Virus record (IMG/VR): IMGVR_UViG_3300035670_000083
Coordinates: 1-64,000 of that record
Source of the DNA: a virus
Reading direction: 5' to 3' (one strand)
Length of the DNA: 64,000 bases
Each line of letters opens with the position of its first letter. Within the stretch, counting starts at the first letter, position 1. The translations under genes were made by a program, and so were the position numbers. The notes beneath the pieces were generated by a model. The model was given only the letters and a program-made list of their open reading frames with translations, was not told the DNA's origin and ran no database searches. Shown one piece after another: positions 1 to 10,067 of the stretch.

Positions 1-1
1 G

Positions 2-988
2 GATAAAAAAGTTGGTGATGAATGGCAACCAGTTGATGTATCTACTTCTGATTTTGCAGAAGTTAGAAATGATAAAGAGAATTATCGTTTAAGAAATAAT
101 AATCCAAGTGAATCTTTTTCTGAGTTCCGTGATGAGGGTCCAAGGGGTGGAGATGCTTTTCTTTTAGATACTAAAAAGGCATTATCACAAAATCAAATTG
201 GTCCTTCTTGGGATGCTTTTATTGAGTGTTTAAGAGAAGGTTCTTTATTTGCTATAATAACAGCAAGAGGACACGAACCCGAAACAATAAGAAAATCTGT
301 CGAGTATATAATAGATAATGTTTTATCTGAAGAAGATAGGTTTTTATTATACTCAAATTGTTTGAAACATGCTTATATTTTTGCACACGAAGAAGAATTT
401 GATAGAATACCTAAAGGAACTTTAACACAAACTCCACTTATTAAAACTTATTTGGATGAATGTTCTTATTATGGTGTTTCTTCAAATTCATTTGCAAGTG
501 AGTTTGGAGGTGGTAGTGCTTCTAATCCAGAGAAAGCAAAGGAATTGGCTCTTCAAAAATTTATAGACAAGTGTAATCAATTGGGTAAAAAAGTTGGTGC
601 TAAATCGGTTTCAATTGGTTTTTCTGATGATGATCCTAAGAATGTCGAGCATGTTAGAACATATTTCAAGGAAAGATCGGCTTTAGAAAATGAATTAATG
701 CCACATGATGTTAAGTTCAATTTATACAAAACCACGGATAGAAAATTAAAAGGTGGTGAAAGAACTAAATTTCATCCGGTAGAAGAAGCAGCAGATTCAT
801 CGATTGCTCCTGGAATGCAAACTTCAGTTATGGCATTTTCACAATTCAATAACATGAAAGATAGAATGTTTACTGATCCTAATGAGTATGATAAATCAAT
901 GGAATTAGGAACAAAACAATTGGCTAAGATGTCAAAGGAAAATACTAAATCTATTTCAAATAGAAGAAAAAAAAAGATTAAGAAATGA
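2..988 (+). CDS. HAD-like hydrolase-fold protein, 5'-truncated by the window edge
   Basis: Frame of ORF 362..988 is open back to position 2 (DKKVGDEWQPVDV...IITARGHEPE...FSDDD); TARG and DDD resemble HAD motifs II and IV. Confidence 0.5.
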   Translation, partial: DKKVGDEWQPVDVSTSDFAEVRNDKENYRLRNNNPSESFSEFRDEGPRGGDAFLLDTKKALSQNQIGPSWDAFIECLREGSLFAIITARGHEPETIRKSVEYIIDNVLSEEDRFLLYSNCLKHAYIFAHEEEFDRIPKGTLTQTPLIKTYLDECSYYGVSSNSFASEFGGGSASNPEKAKELALQKFIDKCNQLGKKVGAKSVSIGFSDDDPKNVEHVRTYFKERSALENELMPHDVKFNLYKTTDRKLKGGERTKFHPVEEAADSSIAPGMQTSVMAFSQFNNMKDRMFTDPNEYDKSMELGTKQLAKMSKENTKSISNRRKKKIKK

Positions 989-1641
989 AACACTTAAAAA
1001 GATTTGAAAATATGGAATCCAGAGATTCAATGTGTGATTATTTAAGCAAAAAATGTGGTTATGATATGACTGAATTAGAATCAATGTCAGACTCGGAATT
1101 GAAAGTTTGTTATGATAAAGAATGTGGAATGAATGAAAAAAAGAAAGAAAAATGGATTCAAGACGCAATAAAAAGTCCAGGTTCTTTAAGAAAGGAATTA
1201 AAGAAAAAAGAAGGTGAAAAAATCACTAAAGCTGAAATCAATCAAGAGTTGAATAAATTGAAAAAGAAAGACAAAGATCCAGATAAAAAAGGCGTTCAAG
1301 GTCTATCAAAGAGTGATTTAAAAAGATTCAAAAAATTAAATTTGGCTAAAACACTTAAAGGGATGAACGAAGGACATTCAGATACGAACAATTATATGTT
1401 CTTTGCAAATTTAGAGAATATTTGTAAAATGGCTCAAGAGATTTTAGAAATGGATAAAAGTAAAATTGACGAAATGTTAACACAAGGACACGATTGGGCG
1501 ACTGATCATATATCAGCTTCTAAAGAATCAATAGAACACGTTCACGATTGGTTAAATTCATCATCTGAAGATGTAGAATTTCACGAAGGTGATATAGAAA
1601 CAGAAAAAAATATAAAAGGATTCGATAATTTTGAAAATTAA
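985..1641 (+). CDS. Hypothetical protein with MKHLKRFE leader (probable virion protein)
   Basis: 218 aa ORF; N-terminal leader motif shared with many genes in the window. Confidence 0.6.
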   Translation: MKHLKRFENMESRDSMCDYLSKKCGYDMTELESMSDSELKVCYDKECGMNEKKKEKWIQDAIKSPGSLRKELKKKEGEKITKAEINQELNKLKKKDKDPDKKGVQGLSKSDLKRFKKLNLAKTLKGMNEGHSDTNNYMFFANLENICKMAQEILEMDKSKIDEMLTQGHDWATDHISASKESIEHVHDWLNSSSEDVEFHEGDIETEKNIKGFDNFEN

Positions 1642-1673
1642 AAAAAACCCACTCATTTGAGTGGGTTTTTTTT
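1640..1673. terminator. Bidirectional intrinsic terminator
   Basis: A-run-CCCACTCA-ttt-GAGTGGG-T-run between convergent genes. Confidence 0.85.
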
Positions 1674-2694
1674 ATGCAACTTCCATAACTTTTACAGACT
1701 CTACCGTATTAACTAATTTATTAACAATCTGATAAGGATCTGCATTTGAAGCAGGTCTTCTATCTTCTAAATATCCTTTCCAATTGTTTTGAGACATTGA
1801 AATTGGAATTCTGATTGAAGCTCCTCTGTCTGATACACCATATGAGAACATATCAATATGTTGCGTTTCGTGTAATCCAGTTAATCTTTGCTCGTTTGAT
1901 GATCCATATACTGCAATGTGATCCTTATGATTTTTTCTTAAAGTTTCACATATTTCATTGACATAATCTTCACCTCCTTCTTCTCTTAATCTTTTATTAG
2001 AAAAATTAACATGAAGTCCAGATCCATTCCAATCTCCTTTAACAGGCTTTGGATGAAATTCAACTTTGACACCATATTTTTCAGTTATTCTAAAAAGAAG
2101 GTAACGGCTTAACCAAAGATCATCTCCTGCTTGTTTTGTTCCCTTTCCTAAAATCTGATATTCCCATTGTCCTAACATAACTTCTGCATTAATTCCAGTA
2201 ATATTAAGTCCTGATTTTAAACAGATATTAAAATGTTCTTCAACAATATCTCTACCAGCAACATTATCGATTCCAACTGAACAATAATACATTCCTTGTG
2301 GACTTGGATATCCTCTTTCCGGGAATCCTAAAGGTCTTTCATTAAAAGTCAAAGTATATTCTTGTTCAAACCCAAACCAATAATCATCGTTATCTTTAAT
2401 TTGATTCCTTTTATTAGTTAGATGTGGTGTTCCGTCTGGATTTAATACCTCACACATAACTAAATAAGAAGGAATACCACCTTGATTTGTTCTCTCAATA
2501 TCCATAATAATTCTAACAGGATTTAAGATACAATCAGATGATTTTCCTTCTGCTTGTTTAGTTGAAGATCCGTCAAATGACCATTGTGGGCAATCTTCTA
2601 ATCCATTGAAATCATCTGTGATTACTTTTGTTTTGCTTCTTAGGTTAGCTTCTGGTTGGTATCCATCTAACCAAATATATTCGAGTTTTACCAT
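1672..2694 (-). CDS. glnII: Glutamine synthetase type II
   Basis: LEYIWLDG, WSFDGSST, FGFEQEY, NAEVMLGQWEYQ, HPKP..GDWNGSGLHVNFS, RLTGLHET, DRGASIRIP, YLEDRRPASNADPY; 340 aa fits GSII. Confidence 0.93.
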   Translation of the reverse strand: MVKLEYIWLDGYQPEANLRSKTKVITDDFNGLEDCPQWSFDGSSTKQAEGKSSDCILNPVRIIMDIERTNQGGIPSYLVMCEVLNPDGTPHLTNKRNQIKDNDDYWFGFEQEYTLTFNERPLGFPERGYPSPQGMYYCSVGIDNVAGRDIVEEHFNICLKSGLNITGINAEVMLGQWEYQILGKGTKQAGDDLWLSRYLLFRITEKYGVKVEFHPKPVKGDWNGSGLHVNFSNKRLREEGGEDYVNEICETLRKNHKDHIAVYGSSNEQRLTGLHETQHIDMFSYGVSDRGASIRIPISMSQNNWKGYLEDRRPASNADPYQIVNKLVNTVESVKVMEVA

Positions 2695-2737
2695 AAATTT
2701 TTGAGTTTTTTCTTTTTATTTGAAAAAAATCAAAAGT

Positions 2738-3481
2738 TTATATTTGTCTGAAAATATTTATTCCTAAAGCAACAAACTCACATCCTTCGTGATAAAAGTA
2801 ATGATCAGAGTGAAAGTGTCCATTATAAAATCCTTTTATATCATTCGACTTTTTTATCTCTGTATATAATTTAGTCATATTAGCTCTTTCTTCTCTAAGA
2901 TCTTGAAGTAAAGTAGGATCTCCTTGAGCATAAGAATAAACTAATCCATTAAATTTAATTGGTTGACAAAAATCTGGTGAAGTGTGACAAATTACTCTAT
3001 CAATTCCTCTGATATTTTTTGCGAACTCAAAATCAAAGTTTACTATTTCATCTTCCCAATAATATTTTGTAGAGTTTATAAGGTCTCTTTTTTTAGATTG
3101 TTCTCTATCAATAGATACTGCTCCTCCAATGAAAAGTATATTCTCACCATTTATATTTAAAACCGAATAATCTTCTACAAAAAGTATGTTTGTTAATTTA
3201 CTTTTAATTTCTTTGAAGTTCTCATTTTTAAACCAACTTGGATTATCGTGATTTCCTCTTATTACTAAAAGATGTGAATCAAATTCAACTAAACATTGAT
3301 TTAATATTAGTAAGTTCTTTTCATCAGTTTCTATAGAATCATATCCGATTCTAAAGTCTCCAACTTGAATATAACATATTTTATCCATTTGGATTTTAAG
3401 CAAGTGATTTACTATGACACGCCAAGCGCCATGTATATCACCCAAAAGGATTCTCATATTATATTCATTATAAAGTTTCAT
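2738..3481 (-). CDS. Calcineurin-like metallophosphoesterase
   Basis: GDIHG, VGDF, RGNHD, HTSP, GHFH motifs. Confidence 0.85.
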   Translation of the reverse strand: MKLYNEYNMRILLGDIHGAWRVIVNHLLKIQMDKICYIQVGDFRIGYDSIETDEKNLLILNQCLVEFDSHLLVIRGNHDNPSWFKNENFKEIKSKLTNILFVEDYSVLNINGENILFIGGAVSIDREQSKKRDLINSTKYYWEDEIVNFDFEFAKNIRGIDRVICHTSPDFCQPIKFNGLVYSYAQGDPTLLQDLREERANMTKLYTEIKKSNDIKGFYNGHFHSDHYFYHEGCEFVALGINIFRQI

Positions 3482-3486
3482 AACTA

Positions 3487-3494
3487 CAAATATA
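3487..3494 (-). promoter_or_regulatory. Bacteroidota-type -7 promoter element (TATATTTG)
   Basis: Matches TAnnTTTG immediately upstream of the phosphoesterase gene. Confidence 0.55.
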
Positions 3495-3533
3495 CAGAAA
3501 AGTTTGATAAGTTTAAAATTTTATATATAGATT

Positions 3534-5357
3534 ATGTTATCTTATTTAGAATTTTTAATAGAGAATAAATTAACTTTAAGTTTGTATTTTTCTACTGAAC
3601 TAAAGAAATTACTTAACAATATTAGTAAATCAAGTCAACCTGGTTATGAAATTGCTAAGTATCTTTTAAGTTGCCATAATCTTCCTAATAAGAGGTATGA
3701 AATGACATTTGTTGATATAACAGATAAAAATGATAAGATTAGTTTTTTACAGGTAAATAGAGCAAAAAGATTTTTTGATGAAAATGGTGATAAAAAGAAG
3801 ATTGATGATTGGGCTTTTGATCAATGGTATAATAAAACTTTAAATATGCCTGGTAAAGTTTGGAAAGAACAAAGATCTGAGATTGGAATAGGTAAATTCA
3901 CCAATAAGATATATCAGAATGATAAGAAGTCGATAACTTCAAAGGAATTAGAGAATTTTGTTAACCTTTATAAATCATTTTATGATTTGGAAAATAAATC
4001 TTTATCTAGATTTGAAGTTGTTTCAGGAGAAGATATAAAAAAATGGTATCTGAATGAGAATTACGCTGAACAAAAAGGTCAATTAGGTTCTTCTTGTATG
4101 AGACATAAATCATGTCAAAATTATTTTGGAATTTATACTCAGAATCCAGAAGTTGTTTCTTTAGTAATTCTTAAAAGTCCTGAAGATGATACTAAAATAG
4201 TTGGAAGAGCTTTACTTTGGAAAAGTGTTAAAGGAAATAAAATTATGGATAGAGTGTATTTCATAAATGACTCAGATAAAATACTTTTTGAAAAATTTGC
4301 TGAAAAAAATGGTTGGATATCAAAAGAAGATATGACTTGGGAAGAACTTGAAAAAAATCAAATACAATTGAAAAAATGGAAATTTGATTACTATCCTTAT
4401 TTAGATACATTTTGTTTTTTAAATAAAAGTACTGGTTTATTATCTACTGATGAAGACCTTTGGCCTGGGCAAGGATATATTAGACTACAATCTACTGGAG
4501 GTTATTTTGACGATGATGATGTGGTATGGGATGATTACAATGAGGAATATATTCCAAGAGAAGATGCTGCTTATTGTCAAAGAAGTGGTGAGTGGGTAAA
4601 CTCAGAGAATGCTATTTGGTTAGAGTATAGAGACGAATATGCTCACCCTGGTCGTGATGAAACTTGTTACTCTAAATATGACGACTCTAATTATTACCTT
4701 GATGATTGTATTTTTTCAGAAATTTTGAATGATTATTTTTTAAGTGACGATGTTATTGAGATAGTTATTGATAAGCATGCCTATAATGATTATGTTCATG
4801 TTGATTTAAAGAATTCTTTAGTAGATATAGAAATTGGTGGTACAACCTATAAAACTCTTGATTTATTAACTATGATAAACCCTATTACCGGAGTTAGAGG
4901 ATTCAAGGAAAATGTGATAAAAGAGATTAAGAATGATTATGAGATTGTAAGTGATGATGAATTGAATAATTACATAAGAAATTTAGATATTGATTTAAAT
5001 TTAAATGATTTGAATATTATATCTAATTATATTGATGATTACCATATAATAAATCAATTTAAATCAGATAAAAATGAATTTGTAAATATAATTAAACTTC
5101 TATTGATAACTTCACCAAAAAAGGGAGAGAGAAGTATGGATAATATTAATAGAAATGCACAAAAAGATGAAATATATTCCAAACTTAAAGAAGACACGAA
5201 AAGGAGAATTAAATCATATTTCTCGAGCTTTTCTTTGAACTATCTCAAATTGTCAGAATCACTTTTAATTAAGATTTTGAAAGATCCGCAGATGCTTGTG
5301 TCTTACATTACAAAAAAGAAATTGACATATTCTGATTTGAGAAAATTGGTTATTTAA
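3534..5357 (+). CDS. Conserved phage hypothetical protein with MLSYLEFLIE leader
   Basis: 607 aa; SSCMR, GRALLW, MDRVY, YPYLDT blocks; acidic aromatic C-terminal repeats. Confidence 0.6.
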   Translation: MLSYLEFLIENKLTLSLYFSTELKKLLNNISKSSQPGYEIAKYLLSCHNLPNKRYEMTFVDITDKNDKISFLQVNRAKRFFDENGDKKKIDDWAFDQWYNKTLNMPGKVWKEQRSEIGIGKFTNKIYQNDKKSITSKELENFVNLYKSFYDLENKSLSRFEVVSGEDIKKWYLNENYAEQKGQLGSSCMRHKSCQNYFGIYTQNPEVVSLVILKSPEDDTKIVGRALLWKSVKGNKIMDRVYFINDSDKILFEKFAEKNGWISKEDMTWEELEKNQIQLKKWKFDYYPYLDTFCFLNKSTGLLSTDEDLWPGQGYIRLQSTGGYFDDDDVVWDDYNEEYIPREDAAYCQRSGEWVNSENAIWLEYRDEYAHPGRDETCYSKYDDSNYYLDDCIFSEILNDYFLSDDVIEIVIDKHAYNDYVHVDLKNSLVDIEIGGTTYKTLDLLTMINPITGVRGFKENVIKEIKNDYEIVSDDELNNYIRNLDIDLNLNDLNIISNYIDDYHIINQFKSDKNEFVNIIKLLLITSPKKGERSMDNINRNAQKDEIYSKLKEDTKRRIKSYFSSFSLNYLKLSESLLIKILKDPQMLVSYITKKKLTYSDLRKLVI

Positions 5358-5386
5358 ACTTAGATAATTAATTATTATATCATGTT

Positions 5387-6574
5387 TTGATGGATATTAA
5401 TTATATAAAATCAGTTGTACAAAAAATTCTTAATAAAGAGTTTGCTAACTCCTATAAAAGACAGATTAAACCTTATGAGGATAGGATAAATTTCGCTTGT
5501 CCATATTGTGGAGATTCTCATAGTAATGTAAGATCCAAAAGAGGTAATATTTGGTTCAATAAATTGATTTATGTTTGTTTCAATTGTGATAAAAGAACTT
5601 CCTTTGATAGATTAGCAAAGGACTTTAATGAGATTTTAGATCCTGATAAAAAATTAGAAATAATCCATCATTTAGAATCTAATATAGATTATTCTGATTA
5701 TGAGAATGATTTTGTAGAAACTAGATTGGATGATTTGATAAGTTTGAAAGATCTTGAAGATGTTTTCAATGTTAAGAAATTGTCTCCAATATTTGATTTC
5801 AAACCTGTTCAATATAACAGCGGTATTTATAAATATCTAATAGGAAGAGGAATACCTCCTAATTTACATAAGGACATTTATCAGGCTAAATATTCTAAAG
5901 GTGATGAAGGATATGAACATATTATTGTTTTCTTAAATAGAAGAGAAGACAAAGTATTAGGTCTTCAGGTTAGAAATTTAAAAGGAGGAAAACGGAGATT
6001 TTTTGTTATTTATAACTGGGAGCATCTTTATCGATGGGTTAATGGAGAAGATGTTGAAATTGATTTAACAAAAAGTGTTATTTATAATAAATTGTCATAT
6101 TTTTTTAATATTCTTAATGTTAATTTTGAAAAAAAGATAACTCTATTTGAGGGATTCTTGGATTCTTTATTTTATCCTAATTCAATTGGTATGATTGGTG
6201 TTAATACTGATGATAGATTTTTAAGAAAAAATAATTTAGATTTACAATATTTCTATGATAATGATAGTACTGGTCATAAAAATTCTGCTTTTAAGATAAA
6301 GTCCGGTGATTCTGTTTTTCTCTGGAAAAAATTATTCAATGATATAGTTGAAAGAAAAAAGACTGATGATCCACATAAGTTACTTTATCGTATATCAAAA
6401 GTTAAAGACTTAAACAAATTGGCTGAGTTAATTCCCGATCCATATAAAAAGTTAAATCTCTCGAACTACTTTTCAGAAGATGAAACTGATATAAGATGGA
6501 TTCCAAAAATAGTTTGGGTTAAACGTGATGATGAGAAAGATTACAATAAGGAGTTTAAATTTAAAGATTGGTAA
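5387..6574 (+). CDS. DNA primase (T4 gp61-like)
   Basis: Zn ribbon CPYCGDS...CFNC; TOPRIM FEGFLDS and YFYDND. Confidence 0.88.
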   Translation: MMDINYIKSVVQKILNKEFANSYKRQIKPYEDRINFACPYCGDSHSNVRSKRGNIWFNKLIYVCFNCDKRTSFDRLAKDFNEILDPDKKLEIIHHLESNIDYSDYENDFVETRLDDLISLKDLEDVFNVKKLSPIFDFKPVQYNSGIYKYLIGRGIPPNLHKDIYQAKYSKGDEGYEHIIVFLNRREDKVLGLQVRNLKGGKRRFFVIYNWEHLYRWVNGEDVEIDLTKSVIYNKLSYFFNILNVNFEKKITLFEGFLDSLFYPNSIGMIGVNTDDRFLRKNNLDLQYFYDNDSTGHKNSAFKIKSGDSVFLWKKLFNDIVERKKTDDPHKLLYRISKVKDLNKLAELIPDPYKKLNLSNYFSEDETDIRWIPKIVWVKRDDEKDYNKEFKFKDW

Positions 6575-6578
6575 TAAG

Positions 6579-7052
6579 TTAAACAAAAGGTATTTTTTGA
6601 CTTTTATACTTTGGATTTTTCTGTTTTAAGTACTCAGTGAATTCTATATTTCCTCGTTCATTGTTACAATCAAAGCAACATACCATTAGATTAACTTGTG
6701 AATTATTTCCTCCTTCTGATATTGGTATGATATGATCAGTTGTAGCATTTTCTTCATTCAGTTCGCATTCACAATAGATACATTTAGCATTTCTATGTTT
6801 TTTAAGAAAATCTTTTGCGAATCCAGAGGTTCTTCTTTTAACATTTTTACCATTCCATTTTAATCCAATTACAATGAAATTTTTAAGATGTTTGTATTTT
6901 TTACGGTAAATTGTACAAGATCTATAATTTGGATTTCTCCAAATAAAAAATCTTAGAATCCATTTCCATTTTTTGAAATCATCTTCAGATACTGAAATAA
7001 AGTGCTGATGATTTGATTTATTTATAAGTTTTATTAACTTGACTATATTCAT
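6579..7052 (-). CDS. HNH endonuclease
   Basis: CIYC...TTDHIIPISEGG.N...NLMVCCFDCNNERG. Confidence 0.88.
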   Translation of the reverse strand: MNIVKLIKLINKSNHQHFISVSEDDFKKWKWILRFFIWRNPNYRSCTIYRKKYKHLKNFIVIGLKWNGKNVKRRTSGFAKDFLKKHRNAKCIYCECELNEENATTDHIIPISEGGNNSQVNLMVCCFDCNNERGNIEFTEYLKQKNPKYKSQKIPFV

Positions 7053-7111
7053 TTAATTGATAACATTTGTGTTATCTTCTTCTCTCTTTATATTAAACTA
7101 AATATTTAAGT

Positions 7112-7459
7112 TTATTTATTAGATTTTGTTAAAAAATCAATAACTTCGTCTATAGTCTTAAATTTCTTTTTATCAACATGGAACATTTCAGTTTCTGAAT
7201 AGAAATTGATTTTCTTACCATCATAATTAATTTGATTATTAACTACTTCGGTTCCTAATTTTTTTGCTAATTCATCAAGTAATTTATTTCCGATATATTC
7301 ATCTTCTTCCTCTAACATATCTGAGTCTTCTTCCATTTCTTGTAGCTCATCATATTTATCTGATGCTGCTTCTAAATCTTCTGTTGATATTTCATCTGCC
7401 TCTGGATTGATGTCCAGATCTTCTTTTATATAATTTTCAAACTTTTTTAAAATTTTCAT
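7112..7459 (-). CDS. Acidic hypothetical protein with MKILKKFE leader
   Basis: ORF preceded by TAATATATA motif; leader motif. Confidence 0.6.
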   Translation of the reverse strand: MKILKKFENYIKEDLDINPEADEISTEDLEAASDKYDELQEMEEDSDMLEEEDEYIGNKLLDELAKKLGTEVVNNQINYDGKKINFYSETEMFHVDKKKFKTIDEVIDFLTKSNK

Positions 7460-7491
7460 AATTGGTTAAATATTTTTTATTATATATTAAA

Positions 7492-7989
7492 TTATTTTTC
7501 TGTGTTTTTTATCTCATCAACTATATAATCTATAAATGAATCAAATTCATATTCTAATCCTTCTATAAAATCAAATATGTCATAAACTAATTCTCTATTT
7601 TTTTGTTTAATATTTTTATAGAATTCTACCGATATATTATTGTTTGAATAAACAATTATTTTACCCTGTAGTCTGCCTTCTATCTTGGATCCATTTTCAA
7701 AATTGATGTCTGGTGTATATAATATTCCTGAAATGTGAATTTCATCACCATAGTTTTTTATATCACTTAACTCAAATCTGAATCTATTGTAGTCGTCTTC
7801 AAAGATTATTTCACTTTCTCTGTATTTTAATTTCTTGTGTAACTCTTCTTGATTATTTTCTTTGTGAGAATCTAGAAAATCTTTTTCATCACTGGAGATT
7901 GAGTCTATACCATACTTAGATATTTTATCTAGTATTTCATCCAATCTCTCTTGTGATGAGAATCCTTCGTATCTCATTAGATGTTTCAT
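7492..7989 (-). CDS. Hypothetical protein with leader and LDEILDKISKYG..S...E..FL motif
   Basis: Motif repeated in 31376..31936 and 53812..54186. Confidence 0.6.
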   Translation of the reverse strand: MKHLMRYEGFSSQERLDEILDKISKYGIDSISSDEKDFLDSHKENNQEELHKKLKYRESEIIFEDDYNRFRFELSDIKNYGDEIHISGILYTPDINFENGSKIEGRLQGKIIVYSNNNISVEFYKNIKQKNRELVYDIFDFIEGLEYEFDSFIDYIVDEIKNTEK

Positions 7990-8007
7990 AATATCTATAT
8001 ATTTTAG

Positions 8008-8355
8008 TTATTTGTGTAGGAGATCAAAATAATTAATATCTTTTATGTTTTCTATTTTATTTTTTATTGATTTGAAAACAACATCTGTAAATCCGTGTGT
8101 TTGATAAAGCATAAGATAATTATTATTCAATTTATCAATAATATCTGAAAAATCTTTGATTTTTTTAGACTCTAATAAAGATTTGATTTTTTCATTTCTA
8201 TTGTGTTTTATTTCTTCCTCTTTCAATGAATCGAAGAAAACTACCATTATTCCATCTCTTCCATCATGTGGGTGATTCAAAATTCTTTTTAAATCAAATC
8301 CATCGTAATAATTTATTTTAAAATCTTTAATCTCAGAAGAAGTTATCAGTTTCAT
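8008..8355 (-). CDS. Hypothetical protein
   Basis: 115 aa ORF in a minus-strand run; RNEKI motif. Confidence 0.55.
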   Translation of the reverse strand: MKLITSSEIKDFKINYYDGFDLKRILNHPHDGRDGIMVVFFDSLKEEEIKHNRNEKIKSLLESKKIKDFSDIIDKLNNNYLMLYQTHGFTDVVFKSIKNKIENIKDINYFDLLHK

Positions 8356-8575
8356 CCAATATTTGATTTATTTTTTCATCTCTGAATTGACTTTTTATTA
8401 TTTTATCAATAAATGATTTGAATTCCTCCTTTTCTTCATATTTTGTTTTGAATTCGTTAAAGTAAGATTCAGATATTTTAAGTAGTTTTAATTCTCCTTC
8501 ACTCAAAGAGGATTTAAACTTTTTATATTCTAAGTATTTGGTGAAAATGTTATATAACCTATGATTTTTCATCAT
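8333..8575 (-). CDS. Hypothetical protein
   Basis: 80 aa ORF; C-terminal RDEKINQIL motif. Confidence 0.55.
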   Translation of the reverse strand: MMKNHRLYNIFTKYLEYKKFKSSLSEGELKLLKISESYFNEFKTKYEEKEEFKSFIDKIIKSQFRDEKINQILDETDNFF

Positions 8576-8592
8576 AGGTTATATATCATTCT

Positions 8593-10011
8593 TTAGAATC
8601 CCCCGAAAATATCAAGAACCACTGATAGTCTTTTAGTAATTTCTGGTAATCCCAATGGTTCTATAATAGAATTTATAGGTGAAAGAATTGATTTAGAAAA
8701 TTGTTCATCATAATCTATCTCAGGAGAAAATTCCATAGGATAAGATCCTCTTATGTAAGCAAAAGTGCTGTTAATTCTACTATTTTTAGTATAATAGTAT
8801 TTAATCTTTGTTCCTGATCTAATGAATTCATATTTTGCTTGTAATGATGGATTTTTTCTTAAAAGATAATTATGATAAGCTGATGCTTTTACCGCAAAAT
8901 GAGCACCACTTACAAAACTAAGTTTGTTTGTATCATCTAAAACCTTTGTTTCATAGTTTGATACAGATGATTGCATACTTATATCATCAATATCTGCTAG
9001 TTCAAATTCTTTTCTAAGGTCTTTAACTAACTTTAAGAGATCCTTTATGTTAAAAGTGTCTGGATGTGAGAAAAGATATTTTACAATGTGAACAATTTTT
9101 TCTCTTGCAAAAGCTGGTGTTGATGATCTTACAAGTTCTACTCCTTTAGGGAAAATATATGTTAATCTGTCAAATGGAATACCGTCTTCATAAACAATAT
9201 GTTGTATATACTTCTTCTTAGCTATATTGATTATAGATTCTGAGATTCTTTCGAGTTCGAAGTTTTCTCTGTTTTTAACTCCAAAACTTTCAGCATATTC
9301 TTCTAAACTTTTTCTAAAAAACTCTTCATATCTGAAGTAATCCATTCCTTGTATAAAGTCTAGTTCAGATGCCCAGTTCCAATCTACTCTGAAATTTGAA
9401 AGTATTTCCTTATTATCTTTCGAATTAAGTTCATAATCTTTAACAAAGAACCCATCAATTATAATTATTTCTGGTTTATTTTCTTTAAGAAATTCCATTA
9501 GATCTGAAACTTGTCTGAATTGTCCTAAACAATTTAAATTTGTTGTTCTAGTTTCCTGTCTTCTTTCTAAGATAACAAATGATTGATTTATCTCGTCAAC
9601 TTTTGATAAAGGAATGTTTCTCCATTCAGAATGTTGTATAGCAGGTTCAAAAGATACAAATAAAGAATCTGTATCAGCATAAATACTGACATTTTCATTT
9701 GTGGGAATCTCTGTTACGTTTTTTATTCCAAGTTTATTATGTAACTCAAAGTCTAAATGCCATTGGTTATGCCAATAGTCTTTATTTACTTTATCCATCT
9801 GTTTTGTTAAATCTCTTCCTTGTGCTGTGATGGTTCCAGCAACGTGTTCATTGAACAGGATGAAATATTGTGTGGCGAATGCGCCGTAACTTCCGTTCAG
9901 GATGAGTTTCAAAGCCAATTGAAGAGCGTTGTAATAATCCGCTTCTCTTTTTAGTTGTTCTGCTTTATTTCTAAGAAAGCTTAACTTATTTAATTTTTCT
10001 TCTTTAGTCAC
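8593..10011 (-). CDS. Family B DNA polymerase, C-terminal subunit (split polymerase)
   Basis: QLALKLILNGSYG (motif B), YADTDS (motif C), AKKKY, KGVELVRSSTP; no motif A or exonuclease domain; GTG start. Confidence 0.88.
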   Translation of the reverse strand: MTKEEKLNKLSFLRNKAEQLKREADYYNALQLALKLILNGSYGAFATQYFILFNEHVAGTITAQGRDLTKQMDKVNKDYWHNQWHLDFELHNKLGIKNVTEIPTNENVSIYADTDSLFVSFEPAIQHSEWRNIPLSKVDEINQSFVILERRQETRTTNLNCLGQFRQVSDLMEFLKENKPEIIIIDGFFVKDYELNSKDNKEILSNFRVDWNWASELDFIQGMDYFRYEEFFRKSLEEYAESFGVKNRENFELERISESIINIAKKKYIQHIVYEDGIPFDRLTYIFPKGVELVRSSTPAFAREKIVHIVKYLFSHPDTFNIKDLLKLVKDLRKEFELADIDDISMQSSVSNYETKVLDDTNKLSFVSGAHFAVKASAYHNYLLRKNPSLQAKYEFIRSGTKIKYYYTKNSRINSTFAYIRGSYPMEFSPEIDYDEQFSKSILSPINSIIEPLGLPEITKRLSVVLDIFGGF

Positions 10012-10067
10012 GTATTTAAACTATTTTTTCATTATATCATGATTTTTTTTATTTGTTCATGATTATA

